64,000 bases of DNA. Source: Clostridiaceae bacterium UBA6085 (lineage in GTDB: Bacteria; Bacillota; Clostridia; Clostridiales; Clostridiaceae). Position numbers and translations under genes: made by a program. Location of the stretch: assembly GCA_002428605.1 (NCBI GenBank), contig DIXH01000025.1, positions 16,598-80,597 on the forward strand, read 5' to 3'. Positions 1 through 9,104 of the stretch are shown piece by piece (positions within the stretch are counted from its first letter, which is position 1; each line of letters opens with the position of its first letter). The notes beneath the pieces were generated by a model. That model saw nothing but the letters and a program-made list of their open reading frames with translations. It did not search any database and was not told where the DNA came from.

Positions 1-805
1 AGGAATACTTCTGCAGTCGCTTCTGAAGTTCTTCACTGATAGTCAGCATCGGAGCTGCGCAGATGGAATCTCCCGTGTGTACACCTACCGCATCGATGTT
101 TTCGATAAAACATACCGTGATCATCTGGTTCTTGCTGTCCCTTACGACCTCCAGCTCAAGCTCTTCCCAGCCAAGGACAGATTCCTCTACAAGGATCTGC
201 CCCACCATGCTGGCAGCTATGCCTCGTGCTGCTATGACCCTCAACTCTTCGAGGTTATACACAAGACCGCCGCCTGTGCCCCCCATTGTGTAAGCAGGAC
301 GGATCACTACAGGGTAACCCAGTTCTTCAGCGATCCTTTCTGCCTCCTCGACACTGTAGGAGGCCATGCTTCTGGGCATGTCAATTCCCAGATTTGCCAT
401 GGTATTTTTGAATTCAATCCGGTCTTCGCCCCTTTCGATGGCATCAATCTGAACTCCAATCACCTTTACGCCATATTCTTCAAGCACGCCGAGCTTTGAG
501 AGCTCAGAACAAAGATTAAGAGCCATCTGACCTCCCAGATTCGGAAGAACAGCATCCGGACTTTCTTTTGCAATGATTTCAGTTAGACTTTTGATATTAA
601 GTGGCTCAATGTAAGTAGCGTCAGCGATGCCAGGGTCGGTCATTATGGTAGCAGGATTTGAATTTACCAGTACTATTTTGTATCCTAACCGTCGAAGTGC
701 CTTACAAGCTTGGGTGCCCGAATAGTCAAACTCACAGCCCTGTCCTATGACGATAGGTCCGGACCCAATGATCAGTATCTTGTTGATATCAGTTCTTTTT
801 GGCAT
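1..805 (-). CDS. carB: carbamoyl-phosphate synthase large subunit, N-terminal part (runs off the left edge)
   Basis: Not in the ORF track. Manual translation from ATG 805 gives MPKRTDINKILIIGSGPIVIGQGCEFDYSGTQACKALRRLGYKIVLVNSNPATIMTDP, open to base 1. GAGGAG RBS upstream. Confidence 0.97.
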   Translation of the reverse strand, partial: MPKRTDINKILIIGSGPIVIGQGCEFDYSGTQACKALRRLGYKIVLVNSNPATIMTDPGIADATYIEPLNIKSLTEIIAKESPDAVLPNLGGQMALNLCSELSKLGVLEEYGVKVIGVQIDAIERGEDRIEFKNTMANLGIDMPRSMASYSVEEAERIAEELGYPVVIRPAYTMGGTGGGLVYNLEELRVIAARGIAASMVGQILVEESVLGWEELELEVVRDSKNQMITVCFIENIDAVGVHTGDSICAAPMLTISEELQKRLQKYS

Positions 806-818
806 AATAACTCCTCAC

Positions 819-935
819 TTTGCATAATTATCCTTAGTAATTCAATGTGACAATAGATAGTAAGATTGATACAACTTGAAATCAGTTAAAAACATTGTAG
901 ACCACAATGAGGCCTTGTGTAAATAATTATGCATT
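819..935. promoter_or_regulatory. two ArgR/AhrC-type ARG boxes upstream of carB
   Basis: TTTGCATAATTATCCTTA (819-836) and TGTAAATAATTATGCATT (918-935) resemble the consensus TGMAT-W4-ATKCA. Confidence 0.6.
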
Positions 936-976
936 AATTTTCAAGGTTTAAAATAAATTTGAATTGAGGGGGATGC

Positions 977-1024
977 AAAATGCACACTCCCATTTGTACA
1001 AATTCATGTGGTGGAGTGTGCATT
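977..1024 (-). terminator. putative intrinsic terminator downstream of the EFR1 gene
   Basis: Inverted repeat AATGCACACTCC...GGAGTGTGCATT with a short T-run on the minus strand; the loop is long. Confidence 0.5.
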
Positions 1025-1117
1025 ATTAACTGGCTGATGATTCAATCTATATTGAACAATATCCTGGTTATCAGCAATCGTATCAGGTGAGACTGGTTAT
1101 GCCTGAAAATTATCTGC

Positions 1118-1969
1118 TCAATAGATTTCAATCTTTCCATTATGCAGCTTAACCTTGGATTTTTCAATTTCAGGATCCGCCATGATTTTCTTAACATTGT
1201 AATTCATAAGGGGGTTCATCATAGGAGTACTCATCGGAGATTTAATAGCCTCCTTTGGGCAGTGCATCTCACAGGAGAGACACATTATGCATTTTTTCTC
1301 CCAGCTGGGAAACCCTTCATTATCCAGGCTTAGATTGTGCGTCGGGCAGCCTTTTATGCAGATATTGCATCTTATGCATTTATCTTTGTCGAGCTTGAAT
1401 TGCTTTTGGTAATAGCCTCGGACCAGGTTTCGGCTTAGCATCATTTGCTCGAAATGATAGATCAATGGAGGAGAGATTGATGATTCAGGCCAAAGCTCTG
1501 TAGAATTTGAATTCCCCATATCATATCCGAATTTTTGGGCCATCGCCAAATCATCGGGATTTGGATGACCAGGTGATGCAAGACATCCGCGACTTATGTA
1601 GCCGAGAAAATAATCTGCACCATGGGAGTAGAACCAGTCCTGAATGTCAAAGCCACGCTTCATCATAGCGGTTTTAAGGAGTTCACTTGCATTCCAGGGA
1701 TATGTACCATATGTAAGAAAGGCAAATGCCTTGATCTTATTTTTGTTGGATAAGCTCTCAATGAACTCCTGCACGTTAATTGGAATCTGGTAAACATAGA
1801 CAGGAGTTCCGATTCCAAGAATGTCAAAATTCTCCAAACCCGGTGGAGTCTCATCCTTGATGTTGCATAGCGTGGCTTCGACGCCAGAGCGGGTAAGTCC
1901 TATGGAAATGCTTTCTGCAACCTTCTTTGTCGAATTCGTAAGGGAGTAGTAAATGATCAGGCATTTCAT
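1118..1969 (-). CDS. EFR1-family ferredoxin (N-terminal flavodoxin-like domain plus C-terminal 2x[4Fe-4S])
   Basis: YYSLTNST and GTPVY flavodoxin motifs; CIRCNICIKGCP and CIMCLSCEMHCP. Confidence 0.88.
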   Translation of the reverse strand: MKCLIIYYSLTNSTKKVAESISIGLTRSGVEATLCNIKDETPPGLENFDILGIGTPVYVYQIPINVQEFIESLSNKNKIKAFAFLTYGTYPWNASELLKTAMMKRGFDIQDWFYSHGADYFLGYISRGCLASPGHPNPDDLAMAQKFGYDMGNSNSTELWPESSISPPLIYHFEQMMLSRNLVRGYYQKQFKLDKDKCIRCNICIKGCPTHNLSLDNEGFPSWEKKCIMCLSCEMHCPKEAIKSPMSTPMMNPLMNYNVKKIMADPEIEKSKVKLHNGKIEIY

Positions 1970-2245
1970 AACTGAATCAACTCCTTATCTAGTATGTCTT
2001 TAGCTTGGAATCAATATCTGATTAAGGAAAACAAGCCTGTTGACCATTTTGTATCGGACATCCGAAACACTGCTGTAACTGAGCTTACTTAAAGATCAGC
2101 TTGAACCGATTGGAAAAAGTGTCTGATAGAACAATGAATTCTTTCATGAACATGCGACCATAGGAAATACGATTAAACTAATCTTTCGAGTATATTAGAC
2201 CATACTTATGTTGATAAAAGATGCTAATGTCATTGCGTTTCCAAA

Positions 2246-2377
2246 AATTATCTGTAAATTTCAGAATTACCGCAAGAGCGTTAAGGAATATGAAACCTGG
2301 TTAGGGAGAGCATGACATCGGAGTAAACATAACCAGGAAAGCACAATGCATAGCTAAAGTGCAATTGTCAGAAAATT
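2246..2377. promoter_or_regulatory. CodY-box-like sites
   Basis: AATTGTCAGAAAATT (2363-2377, 1 mismatch to AATTTTCWGAAAATT) and AATTATCTGTAAATT (2246-2260, 2 mismatches). Confidence 0.45.
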
Positions 2378-2568
2378 GGCGCGGATTGTAATATTGGCGT
2401 GTCAGCGTAGTATAATATAGGTAACCGCAGTGCGTATATAAGAATAATGAATCCATAAGGTTACTTCCTAAAATTTGCTATATACTATCAACTGACATAC
2501 GTATTTATGACTAGTAAATATACAATTATATGGTTAAGTTTTTTTGTCGGATCGGATGATTTACTAAT

Positions 2569-3321
2569 ATGCTGGAGGTGAACTCTATCGTGGAAAAAAA
2601 TCAAATAAGAATTCTTGTTGTTTATTTGCTCCTGACAGTCATTATCATTATATTCGATGTCCTCTATCAAGATGGTAATCCCTCACTTTATTTGACTTTT
2701 GCGGTCAGGCTAAGTATGTTCATGACGGTTCTGGCGATAAGGAAGCGTTACCCGGAACAGAAGCTGATCGTACTTGCCTTCCTTTTCACGGTCATTTCAG
2801 ACTACTACTTCATATTCGTGAACACATTCGAGAGGGATATCCCAAACAGCCAGCTTTTTGGGATGATTGGATTCATTGGAGCATATCTCTGTCTCATACT
2901 GACATTCAGCAGAAACTTCAGGATAGGCAAGCCGGAACTGATAACGATAGCACCTTTTGCAGCTATATTCACTTTGCTTTTCCTGTCGCTTCAACAGTAT
3001 GCCGAAGGTTTGATGTATCCTGCGGGTATAATATTGGGAATTATTCTATGCATATTCGGAATGACTATGGTCTCGACGCTTTACAGAGGCTATTTCTCAA
3101 GAAAGGCCGCCTGGCTCATTGCCATTGCAGGATGCATGATGTTCTTCAGCGACCTGTTCGTGGCGCTTGCGCTGTACCACCCGGATTTCAAGGATTTCCT
3201 GCTATGGAGGGAGATCGTGGTTATGGCCACATATGTTCCGGCATGGACACTGCTTATGCTTGTAGCAGCTGAAGAAAATCTCTATTCAGGAATCAAGGAT
3301 AGAATTACAATTTCGGGCTGA
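2569..3321 (+). CDS. YhhN/TMEM86 lysoplasmalogenase-like membrane protein
   Basis: About 8 TM segments; ISDY, FFSDLFVAL and VMATY motifs typical of YhhN. Confidence 0.7.
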   Translation: MLEVNSIVEKNQIRILVVYLLLTVIIIIFDVLYQDGNPSLYLTFAVRLSMFMTVLAIRKRYPEQKLIVLAFLFTVISDYYFIFVNTFERDIPNSQLFGMIGFIGAYLCLILTFSRNFRIGKPELITIAPFAAIFTLLFLSLQQYAEGLMYPAGIILGIILCIFGMTMVSTLYRGYFSRKAAWLIAIAGCMMFFSDLFVALALYHPDFKDFLLWREIVVMATYVPAWTLLMLVAAEENLYSGIKDRITISG

Positions 3322-3428
3322 TTCATGCAATTGGATCCGATCATTCTAAAACACTTTCTAAGTAGAAATCAGCTACAATTCACAGGTAATGCTGATAGAA
3401 TAAGAATACGGAAAATTAGTAAACAGGA

Positions 3429-4535
3429 ATGGGGAATCTTATGGGCACTCACTTACTTACTTATGATGAACTGAAGGTATTTTGCGAAGCGGCGTTCCAC
3501 AGGTTCGGATTCAATGAACATGACAGCGCTGTAATTACTGATGTCCTGCTGCTGGCTGATCTTTACGGGATAGATTCCCATGGAACAAACCGGATCGTCA
3601 TGTACCATGACCAGATAAGGTCTGGATATATTGATATCGGTGCAAAGCCGCAAATTGTTTCAGAGACACCTGTATCGGCCGTCATTGATGGAATGAGCGG
3701 CATGGGGCATCTGGTTTCAGAATTTGCGATGAAGAAGGCCATTGCACTTGCAAAATCTTCTGGAATAGGACTGGTTACTGTCCGAAATTCCAACCACTAT
3801 GGAATTGCAGGCTACTACTCTCTTATGGCTTGCAATGAAGGGCTTCTGGGGATTTCAATGACTAATTCACTGGCGGCTGTAGTACCGACCTTCGGAAGGG
3901 TCCCGATGCTTGGAACCAATCCCTTTGCATTCAGCTTTCCAGCAGTTCCGCAGCCGTTCCATTTCGACGCATCAACTTCGGTCGTAACAGTAGGAAAGGC
4001 AGAGGTATCCAATAAGCTTGGAAAGGCACTTCCAGTAGGCTGGGGAATCAACTCCGAGGGTCATGATGAACTTGATCCTTCAGCACTGCTAAAAGGAATA
4101 TATGCGGGAATAGCAGGGCTACATCCGCTGGGTGGAGGTACTGAGGAGCATGGCGGTCACAAGGGTTATGGTTTCTCAATGGTAGTAGAGATCCTTTCAT
4201 CCATCCTTTCAGGCGGGACTACCTCAAACCATGTAGAGGAAGTGGAAGGAAAATCAGGCGTGTGCCACTTCTTTGCGGCAATTGATCCAGGGATTTTTGG
4301 AGATCCGGCAAGAATCCAGAAAAAACTCGAAATATTCCTTGAAGAACTGAGGAATTCACAGAAAGCAGACTGTGAAGGAAGGATCTACACCCATGGTGAA
4401 TAGGAAGCTGAATCCTATACTATGCGAATAGAAGAAGGGATTCCCGTAAATGAAAAGACGGTCGAAGAAATGAGGGACCTGGCAGATTACCTGAAAATGG
4501 ATTTTTACAGATACTTCCCTGACTTGAAGATTTAG
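3429..4535 (+). pseudogene. Ldh_2 (ComC/AllD-type malate/L-lactate/sulfolactate dehydrogenase family) oxidoreductase with an in-frame TAG at 4401-4403 (nonsense mutation, sequence error or readthrough)
   Basis: DSHG, RNSNHYG, GTNP and GGHKGYG motifs. The frame continues after RIYTHGE* with EAESYTMRIEEGIPVNEKTVEEMRDLADYLKMDFYRYFPDLKI to TAG 4533-4535, which resembles the usual family C-terminus. Confidence 0.8.
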
Positions 4536-4546
4536 TTGGAGGAAAA

Positions 4547-4861
4547 ATGGATGCCATGTGCTGCAACCCTATTGTTATAGCCATGCAGCACATGATCATA
4601 TGTGAGGAGCGAGTTGAAGTGATTAAAAAAATACTTTACGGACTTATCGGATGTTTCGTTTTTCTTATTGTGGGACTCATAGCAGGACTTATAGTCGGTT
4701 CTTTCATTGGAGGGAACTTCATGATGGATTTCGAATTCGCAGGGGTAATGGGATATGAGGCGACAGGTCTTATTGGCGCTATGATTGGCGGGCCTATGGG
4801 AGCAATCGCTGGAATAATGATCGGGGTAAGCTTCGCTTCAAGAAGTGCAGGGAACAGGTAG
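4547..4861 (+). CDS. small Gly-rich membrane protein (alternative GTG start at 4619)
   Basis: GGAGG RBS; two glycine-zipper-like hydrophobic helices. Confidence 0.65.
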   Translation: MDAMCCNPIVIAMQHMIICEERVEVIKKILYGLIGCFVFLIVGLIAGLIVGSFIGGNFMMDFEFAGVMGYEATGLIGAMIGGPMGAIAGIMIGVSFASRSAGNR

Positions 4862-5063
4862 CACAAATTTATTTGTGATATTCATTAAGGTTCCAGACCC
4901 TGGAAACATGAGAAGCAGTCAGATTATTGCGATAAAAATTAATATATAAGCCATCAATTAGATTTTCATATGATATACTTTATACAATAGCAAATGGGGC
5001 ATGAACGGCGTCAGATACTAAGTTTGTATTTTTTAAGCTATCATGCATGAGGGGGAGATACTG

Positions 5064-5513
5064 ATGAAGAAGGAGAATGTCCTTTCAATAATACTAAAGA
5101 TGGCTTCAATAGGGGCAGGTGGGATATTTGTACTGGCTGCGACTTACATGGGGTATTTTGCCATCTATATGTTCGTTGAAACTGTCTTTTTTTCTGATAA
5201 CATAGGGAACACTCCTGCGGAAGCCATACGTATCTCGTATTCCGTATTTCTACTTTTCATGTACCTTGTACTTCTAAGGACTGAAGCTCCGGAGCTTCTG
5301 AAGGCAGCACTGCTTATAGCTCCGCTTACCATGCTCATGGTTGCAGCCATACTTGGGCTGTATCTTAAGCCTCTTCTGTCAGTGCTTGCCGCAGGTGCCA
5401 TTGTAGCAGTATGTGCTTTTCTGATGCACAGGTTTAAGAAACCCTGGATCTATTACTTTTCGATCGGTATGTCTGTCTTGTTTTCGATGGCCTATGCATG
5501 GCCACGGGAATGA
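5064..5513 (+). CDS. hypothetical membrane protein (about 5 TM)
   Basis: GGGGAG RBS before ATG 5064; hydrophobic ORF. Confidence 0.7.
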   Translation: MKKENVLSIILKMASIGAGGIFVLAATYMGYFAIYMFVETVFFSDNIGNTPAEAIRISYSVFLLFMYLVLLRTEAPELLKAALLIAPLTMLMVAAILGLYLKPLLSVLAAGAIVAVCAFLMHRFKKPWIYYFSIGMSVLFSMAYAWPRE

Positions 5514-5594
5514 ATCCATAGTTGCAGCGGAATGGGTGTTTACAAGTCAAATGTCTCTTGAGCAGGTAGTGTATCGGCAAGGGAGTGATTACGA

Positions 5595-7622
5595 ATGAAG
5601 AAATCATTGTATGTATTTTTAATTATCTTATTTTTAATGGCTGGTGCCTCATGTGACGAGGATAAACACGATCCTCTCGGCACATATGCTGCATATAAGG
5701 CTGCATTTGCAGCAATGGATTATGGTGCCATGTATGATCTTCTTGATACATCGAGCAGATCGAAGATGGCAAAAGAAGAGTATGTGGAACTTTACAAGGG
5801 CTTCTATGGTGTAATTTCAGTAACTGAGGCTTCAGTTGCTGACAGGATGGAGGAGCTTGACCTGCAAAGGAAAGCGGCAGGAGAAGATACCTTCAGGGTC
5901 CCGGTTGATATAAGCCTGGTTACAGGGATAGGGGAGAAAAAATTCAGCACCGATATAAAGCTTGTAAAGGAAACTGACAAGGACGGGAAATCCAATTTTC
6001 TTGTAAGCTTTGCGCTGGATCAGGTATATGAGGGATTCAAGAGCACCGATAAAATAATTGAGCAGGAAGTTGGACCTGAGAGGGGACGTATACTTGACAG
6101 GAATATGAAGGTGCTTGCTGAAGACGGTGACGTCATCTGGATTGGGATGATACCCGGGCAGTTTGGAAACTCCAGGGAGAAGTCCATAGATGCATTATCA
6201 GCAGCATTCGGTGTAGCAAGAAAATACATTACTGGAAGACTTGGGCTCAGCTGGGTAAAGCCGGAGACATTTGTAGATATGATCAAGGTTTCGATGGACG
6301 AGAAGGAAGCTGTAGATGCTCTTGTTGTTTCGAATTCAGGTATAACCTACAGGATAACCAGAGATAGGATATATCCATATGGGGAAGCTGCAGCCCACCT
6401 TACAGGATATGTAGGACTTGCAACCCGCGAAGAATACGCAGTTCTAAAGACACTTGGATACCCGATAACCGCAAAAGCGGGAAGGTCCGGCCTGGAGCTC
6501 ATCTATGAGGAAGAGCTGAGAGGAAAGACCGGAACACAAAAGGTTCTTGTCGATAAGGACGGCAACCTAAAAGAAGTCCTTTCGAACGACTATAACAACA
6601 GAGGCAAGGATATAGTCCTGACAATTGACATAGATGAGCAGCTTAAGCTGTACGGTGCAATGTCAGGCGATAAAGGCACAGCATCTCTAGTCAATTACAG
6701 GGATGGAGAAATATTGGCACTTGTCAGCCTTCCTTCCTATGACCCGAACAGGATGATCCTGGGTCATACTGAAGCATATTATGATAACCTTCTGAAGGAT
6801 CCGGGAAAACCACTCCTTAACAGGTTCACAAAGCTGTATCCTCCTGGCGCAACTCTCTCGCCGCTTGTATCAGCCTCAGCCATAGAGACAGGGAGTCAGG
6901 CTGTGAGCCTTATTTCTGAGGTGCAGGGGACAGCCTGGCAGAAGGAACCCGCATGGGGAAGCTACTTCATTAAAAGAGCTGCAGATCCGGGAGCACCTGT
7001 GGACCTTGAAAAGGCGTTTATAAATTCCGACAACATATTCTTTGCCCAGATGGCTCTCAAGCTCGGAGAGAAGGAATTCATCGAAGCTCTGCAAAGGTTT
7101 GGTATAGGTGAGGACCATGATGCGACATTTGATTTCCAGAAATCCCAGGTTTCAAACCTGGGCGTGATGAACAGTGAGATCCTTCTTGCAGACAGTGGCT
7201 ATGGCCAGGGACAGGTTCTTTTCAATAGTCTCACTCTTCCAAGGGCAATGACCGCAATAGCGGACAGTGGGAATATGAAAGGACTAAAGCTGGTAAAGGA
7301 TGCAGCACAGGCAGAGAATAGGGATATTCTCTCTTCTGAAACAGCAAACAGGATTCTCGAACTAATGAGTAAGTCTGTTGAGGAACCAGCAGGAACAGGC
7401 AATGCCGCATTCATAGAAGGTCGTTCAATAGCAGGAAAGTCAGGTATTTCAGAGGTTGGATCAGGAACAGCTCGTACGAGGTATGGCTGGTTCACAGCCA
7501 TTGAGCTTAACGTAGAAAGACCGTTCATAACGACAGTTATGGTTGAAGGACTGGGGGACAGTGGTCCTGGATATGCAGCTGCAAAGGTCAGGGCATTTCT
7601 GACAGGAGAACTGCCTGATTAG
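5595..7622 (+). CDS. MecA/PBP2a-type class B penicillin-binding protein homologue (NTF2-like, dimerisation and transpeptidase domains) with a degenerate catalytic SxxK
   Basis: RGRILDRN, RIYPYG, GRSGLE, LTID, SLPSYDPN, SDN and KSG are present, but PGSTFK is replaced by PGATLS. Possible lipobox AGASC. Confidence 0.9.
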   Translation: MKKSLYVFLIILFLMAGASCDEDKHDPLGTYAAYKAAFAAMDYGAMYDLLDTSSRSKMAKEEYVELYKGFYGVISVTEASVADRMEELDLQRKAAGEDTFRVPVDISLVTGIGEKKFSTDIKLVKETDKDGKSNFLVSFALDQVYEGFKSTDKIIEQEVGPERGRILDRNMKVLAEDGDVIWIGMIPGQFGNSREKSIDALSAAFGVARKYITGRLGLSWVKPETFVDMIKVSMDEKEAVDALVVSNSGITYRITRDRIYPYGEAAAHLTGYVGLATREEYAVLKTLGYPITAKAGRSGLELIYEEELRGKTGTQKVLVDKDGNLKEVLSNDYNNRGKDIVLTIDIDEQLKLYGAMSGDKGTASLVNYRDGEILALVSLPSYDPNRMILGHTEAYYDNLLKDPGKPLLNRFTKLYPPGATLSPLVSASAIETGSQAVSLISEVQGTAWQKEPAWGSYFIKRAADPGAPVDLEKAFINSDNIFFAQMALKLGEKEFIEALQRFGIGEDHDATFDFQKSQVSNLGVMNSEILLADSGYGQGQVLFNSLTLPRAMTAIADSGNMKGLKLVKDAAQAENRDILSSETANRILELMSKSVEEPAGTGNAAFIEGRSIAGKSGISEVGSGTARTRYGWFTAIELNVERPFITTVMVEGLGDSGPGYAAAKVRAFLTGELPD

Positions 7623-7642
7623 AAATTTAAATTACTCAAATG

Positions 7643-7684
7643 AAAAAACGAGGTGCAAATCATTACGATTCGCATCTCGTTTTA
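7643..7684. terminator. bidirectional intrinsic terminator
   Basis: AAAAAACGAGGTGC...GCATCTCGTTTT between convergent genes. Confidence 0.75.
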
Positions 7685-7688
7685 GCTT

Positions 7689-9074
7689 CTAAAGATCCAC
7701 TACTGTTCCCGGATTGAGTATCCCATTGGGATCGAATGCTCTCTTGACACCCTTCATTATTTCGATCTCCCTGGCAGTATACTGAAGAGGCATGTATGTT
7801 TTTCTGGTCTTTCCTGTTCCATGTTCAGCAGTTATGGCTCCGCCGTATTTCATGGCTGCCTTATATATATCAAGTCTTATGTCTTCAAACCAGGATGGCT
7901 TTTCACCGTTCTCCTTCATTACGAAGTTGTGGATATTTCCGTCTCCTATGTGGCCGACGCATGGAAGTGTGGTATTGTATTTTGCAGCGATCTCATCAAG
8001 GTCCCTGACAAAATACGGTACTGAAGCAGGGGGAACCGAGATATCCATTCCATCGATGGCATGCTCTATGAAAGCTGTATATACATTACTCCTTATCTGG
8101 AGTATGTTCCTCTGGTCCTTTGCTGTCTCGGCAATGATGCTGTCCACCGCATTGAACTTCTCGGCGATCTCTACGATTGCCTCGCTCTTTGCAAACAGGT
8201 CATCTTCAGAGCCTTCCTCAAGGATTATCATGAGGTCGACGATACCTTCCTTTGCCGGCCAGACAAGGCCCATGTGCCTTGCTGCCTCTTCGATCACATT
8301 CTTCTCCACATATTCTATGGCAAGAGGTGTTATTCCTGACTGCAGTATTGCAGGCACAGTATCTGAGGCATCCTGCCTGCTGTCGAAGGATACAAGGAGA
8401 GTGCCCGTATGGTTTTGCTTCGCATAAAGCTTAAGTATGACCTTAGTAATTATACCGAGGGTTCCTTCACTTCCAACCATCATATGGAGCAGGTCATAGC
8501 CTGTATTGTTCTTGATGAGCTTTCCGCCTAACATTACGATTTCACCTGTGGGGAGAACCACTTCAAGTCCCTTGACATGGTTCCTCATGATGCCGTGCTT
8601 TACCGCACTGACGCCGCCGGCGTTTTCAGCTACCATTCCACCAAGCTGTGCTCCCTCATCACCTGGATGTATAGGGAAGAACAGTCCCTTGGATTTCTTG
8701 AGCTCTTCGTTAAGCTGTGCCAGAGTTACTCCGCTATCGGCAATGACCATCAGATTCTTGTCATCGACCTCGATGTTCTTCGAGAGCCTTTCCATTGAAA
8801 GGATGATACCGGGTCTGTCAGGAATGACGGCACCGTTAAGTCCCGTGCCTCCTCCTCTTGGTATTACAGGCATAAGTATCTCGTTTGCATATTTTACGAG
8901 TTCAGAGATTTCCTTCGAGTCCTTTGGTTTGGCTACAACGACATCGGTGCAAGCCTCGGGCTTGAGGTACTCCTCCGTCTCGTCATAAAGGTAGTTACCT
9001 ATCTTTGACAGGTCACTGACAACAAAGTCATCACCGCATATCTCCTTGAGTCTGCTGATTATTTCAATATCCAT
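7689..9074 (-). CDS. FAD-linked 2-hydroxyacid dehydrogenase (LctD/GlcD-like)
   Basis: PRGGGTGL, GSEGTLGIIT, GHIGDGNIH, AEHG and DPNGILNPG motifs. Confidence 0.9.
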   Translation of the reverse strand: MDIEIISRLKEICGDDFVVSDLSKIGNYLYDETEEYLKPEACTDVVVAKPKDSKEISELVKYANEILMPVIPRGGGTGLNGAVIPDRPGIILSMERLSKNIEVDDKNLMVIADSGVTLAQLNEELKKSKGLFFPIHPGDEGAQLGGMVAENAGGVSAVKHGIMRNHVKGLEVVLPTGEIVMLGGKLIKNNTGYDLLHMMVGSEGTLGIITKVILKLYAKQNHTGTLLVSFDSRQDASDTVPAILQSGITPLAIEYVEKNVIEEAARHMGLVWPAKEGIVDLMIILEEGSEDDLFAKSEAIVEIAEKFNAVDSIIAETAKDQRNILQIRSNVYTAFIEHAIDGMDISVPPASVPYFVRDLDEIAAKYNTTLPCVGHIGDGNIHNFVMKENGEKPSWFEDIRLDIYKAAMKYGGAITAEHGTGKTRKTYMPLQYTAREIEIMKGVKRAFDPNGILNPGTVVDL

Positions 9075-9104
9075 CTGTTCCTCCTGAAAGTGTAATGTAA
9101 TATT

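Noticed and set aside
63..499. Plus-strand ORFs 63-293 and 77-499
   Set aside because: They are antisense shadows of carB
1970..2568. Riboswitch or gene remnant in the long spacer (inverted repeat CCTGGTTA...TAACCAGG near 2296-2337)
   Set aside because: No recognisable riboswitch core or coding similarity, and the stem is only 8 bp
7792..8988. Long antisense ORFs here and opposite other genes (e.g. 28860-29501, 30248-30868, 52475-53059)
   Set aside because: They are Ser/Pro/Ile-rich shadows produced by codon bias of the sense genes, with no RBS or motifs
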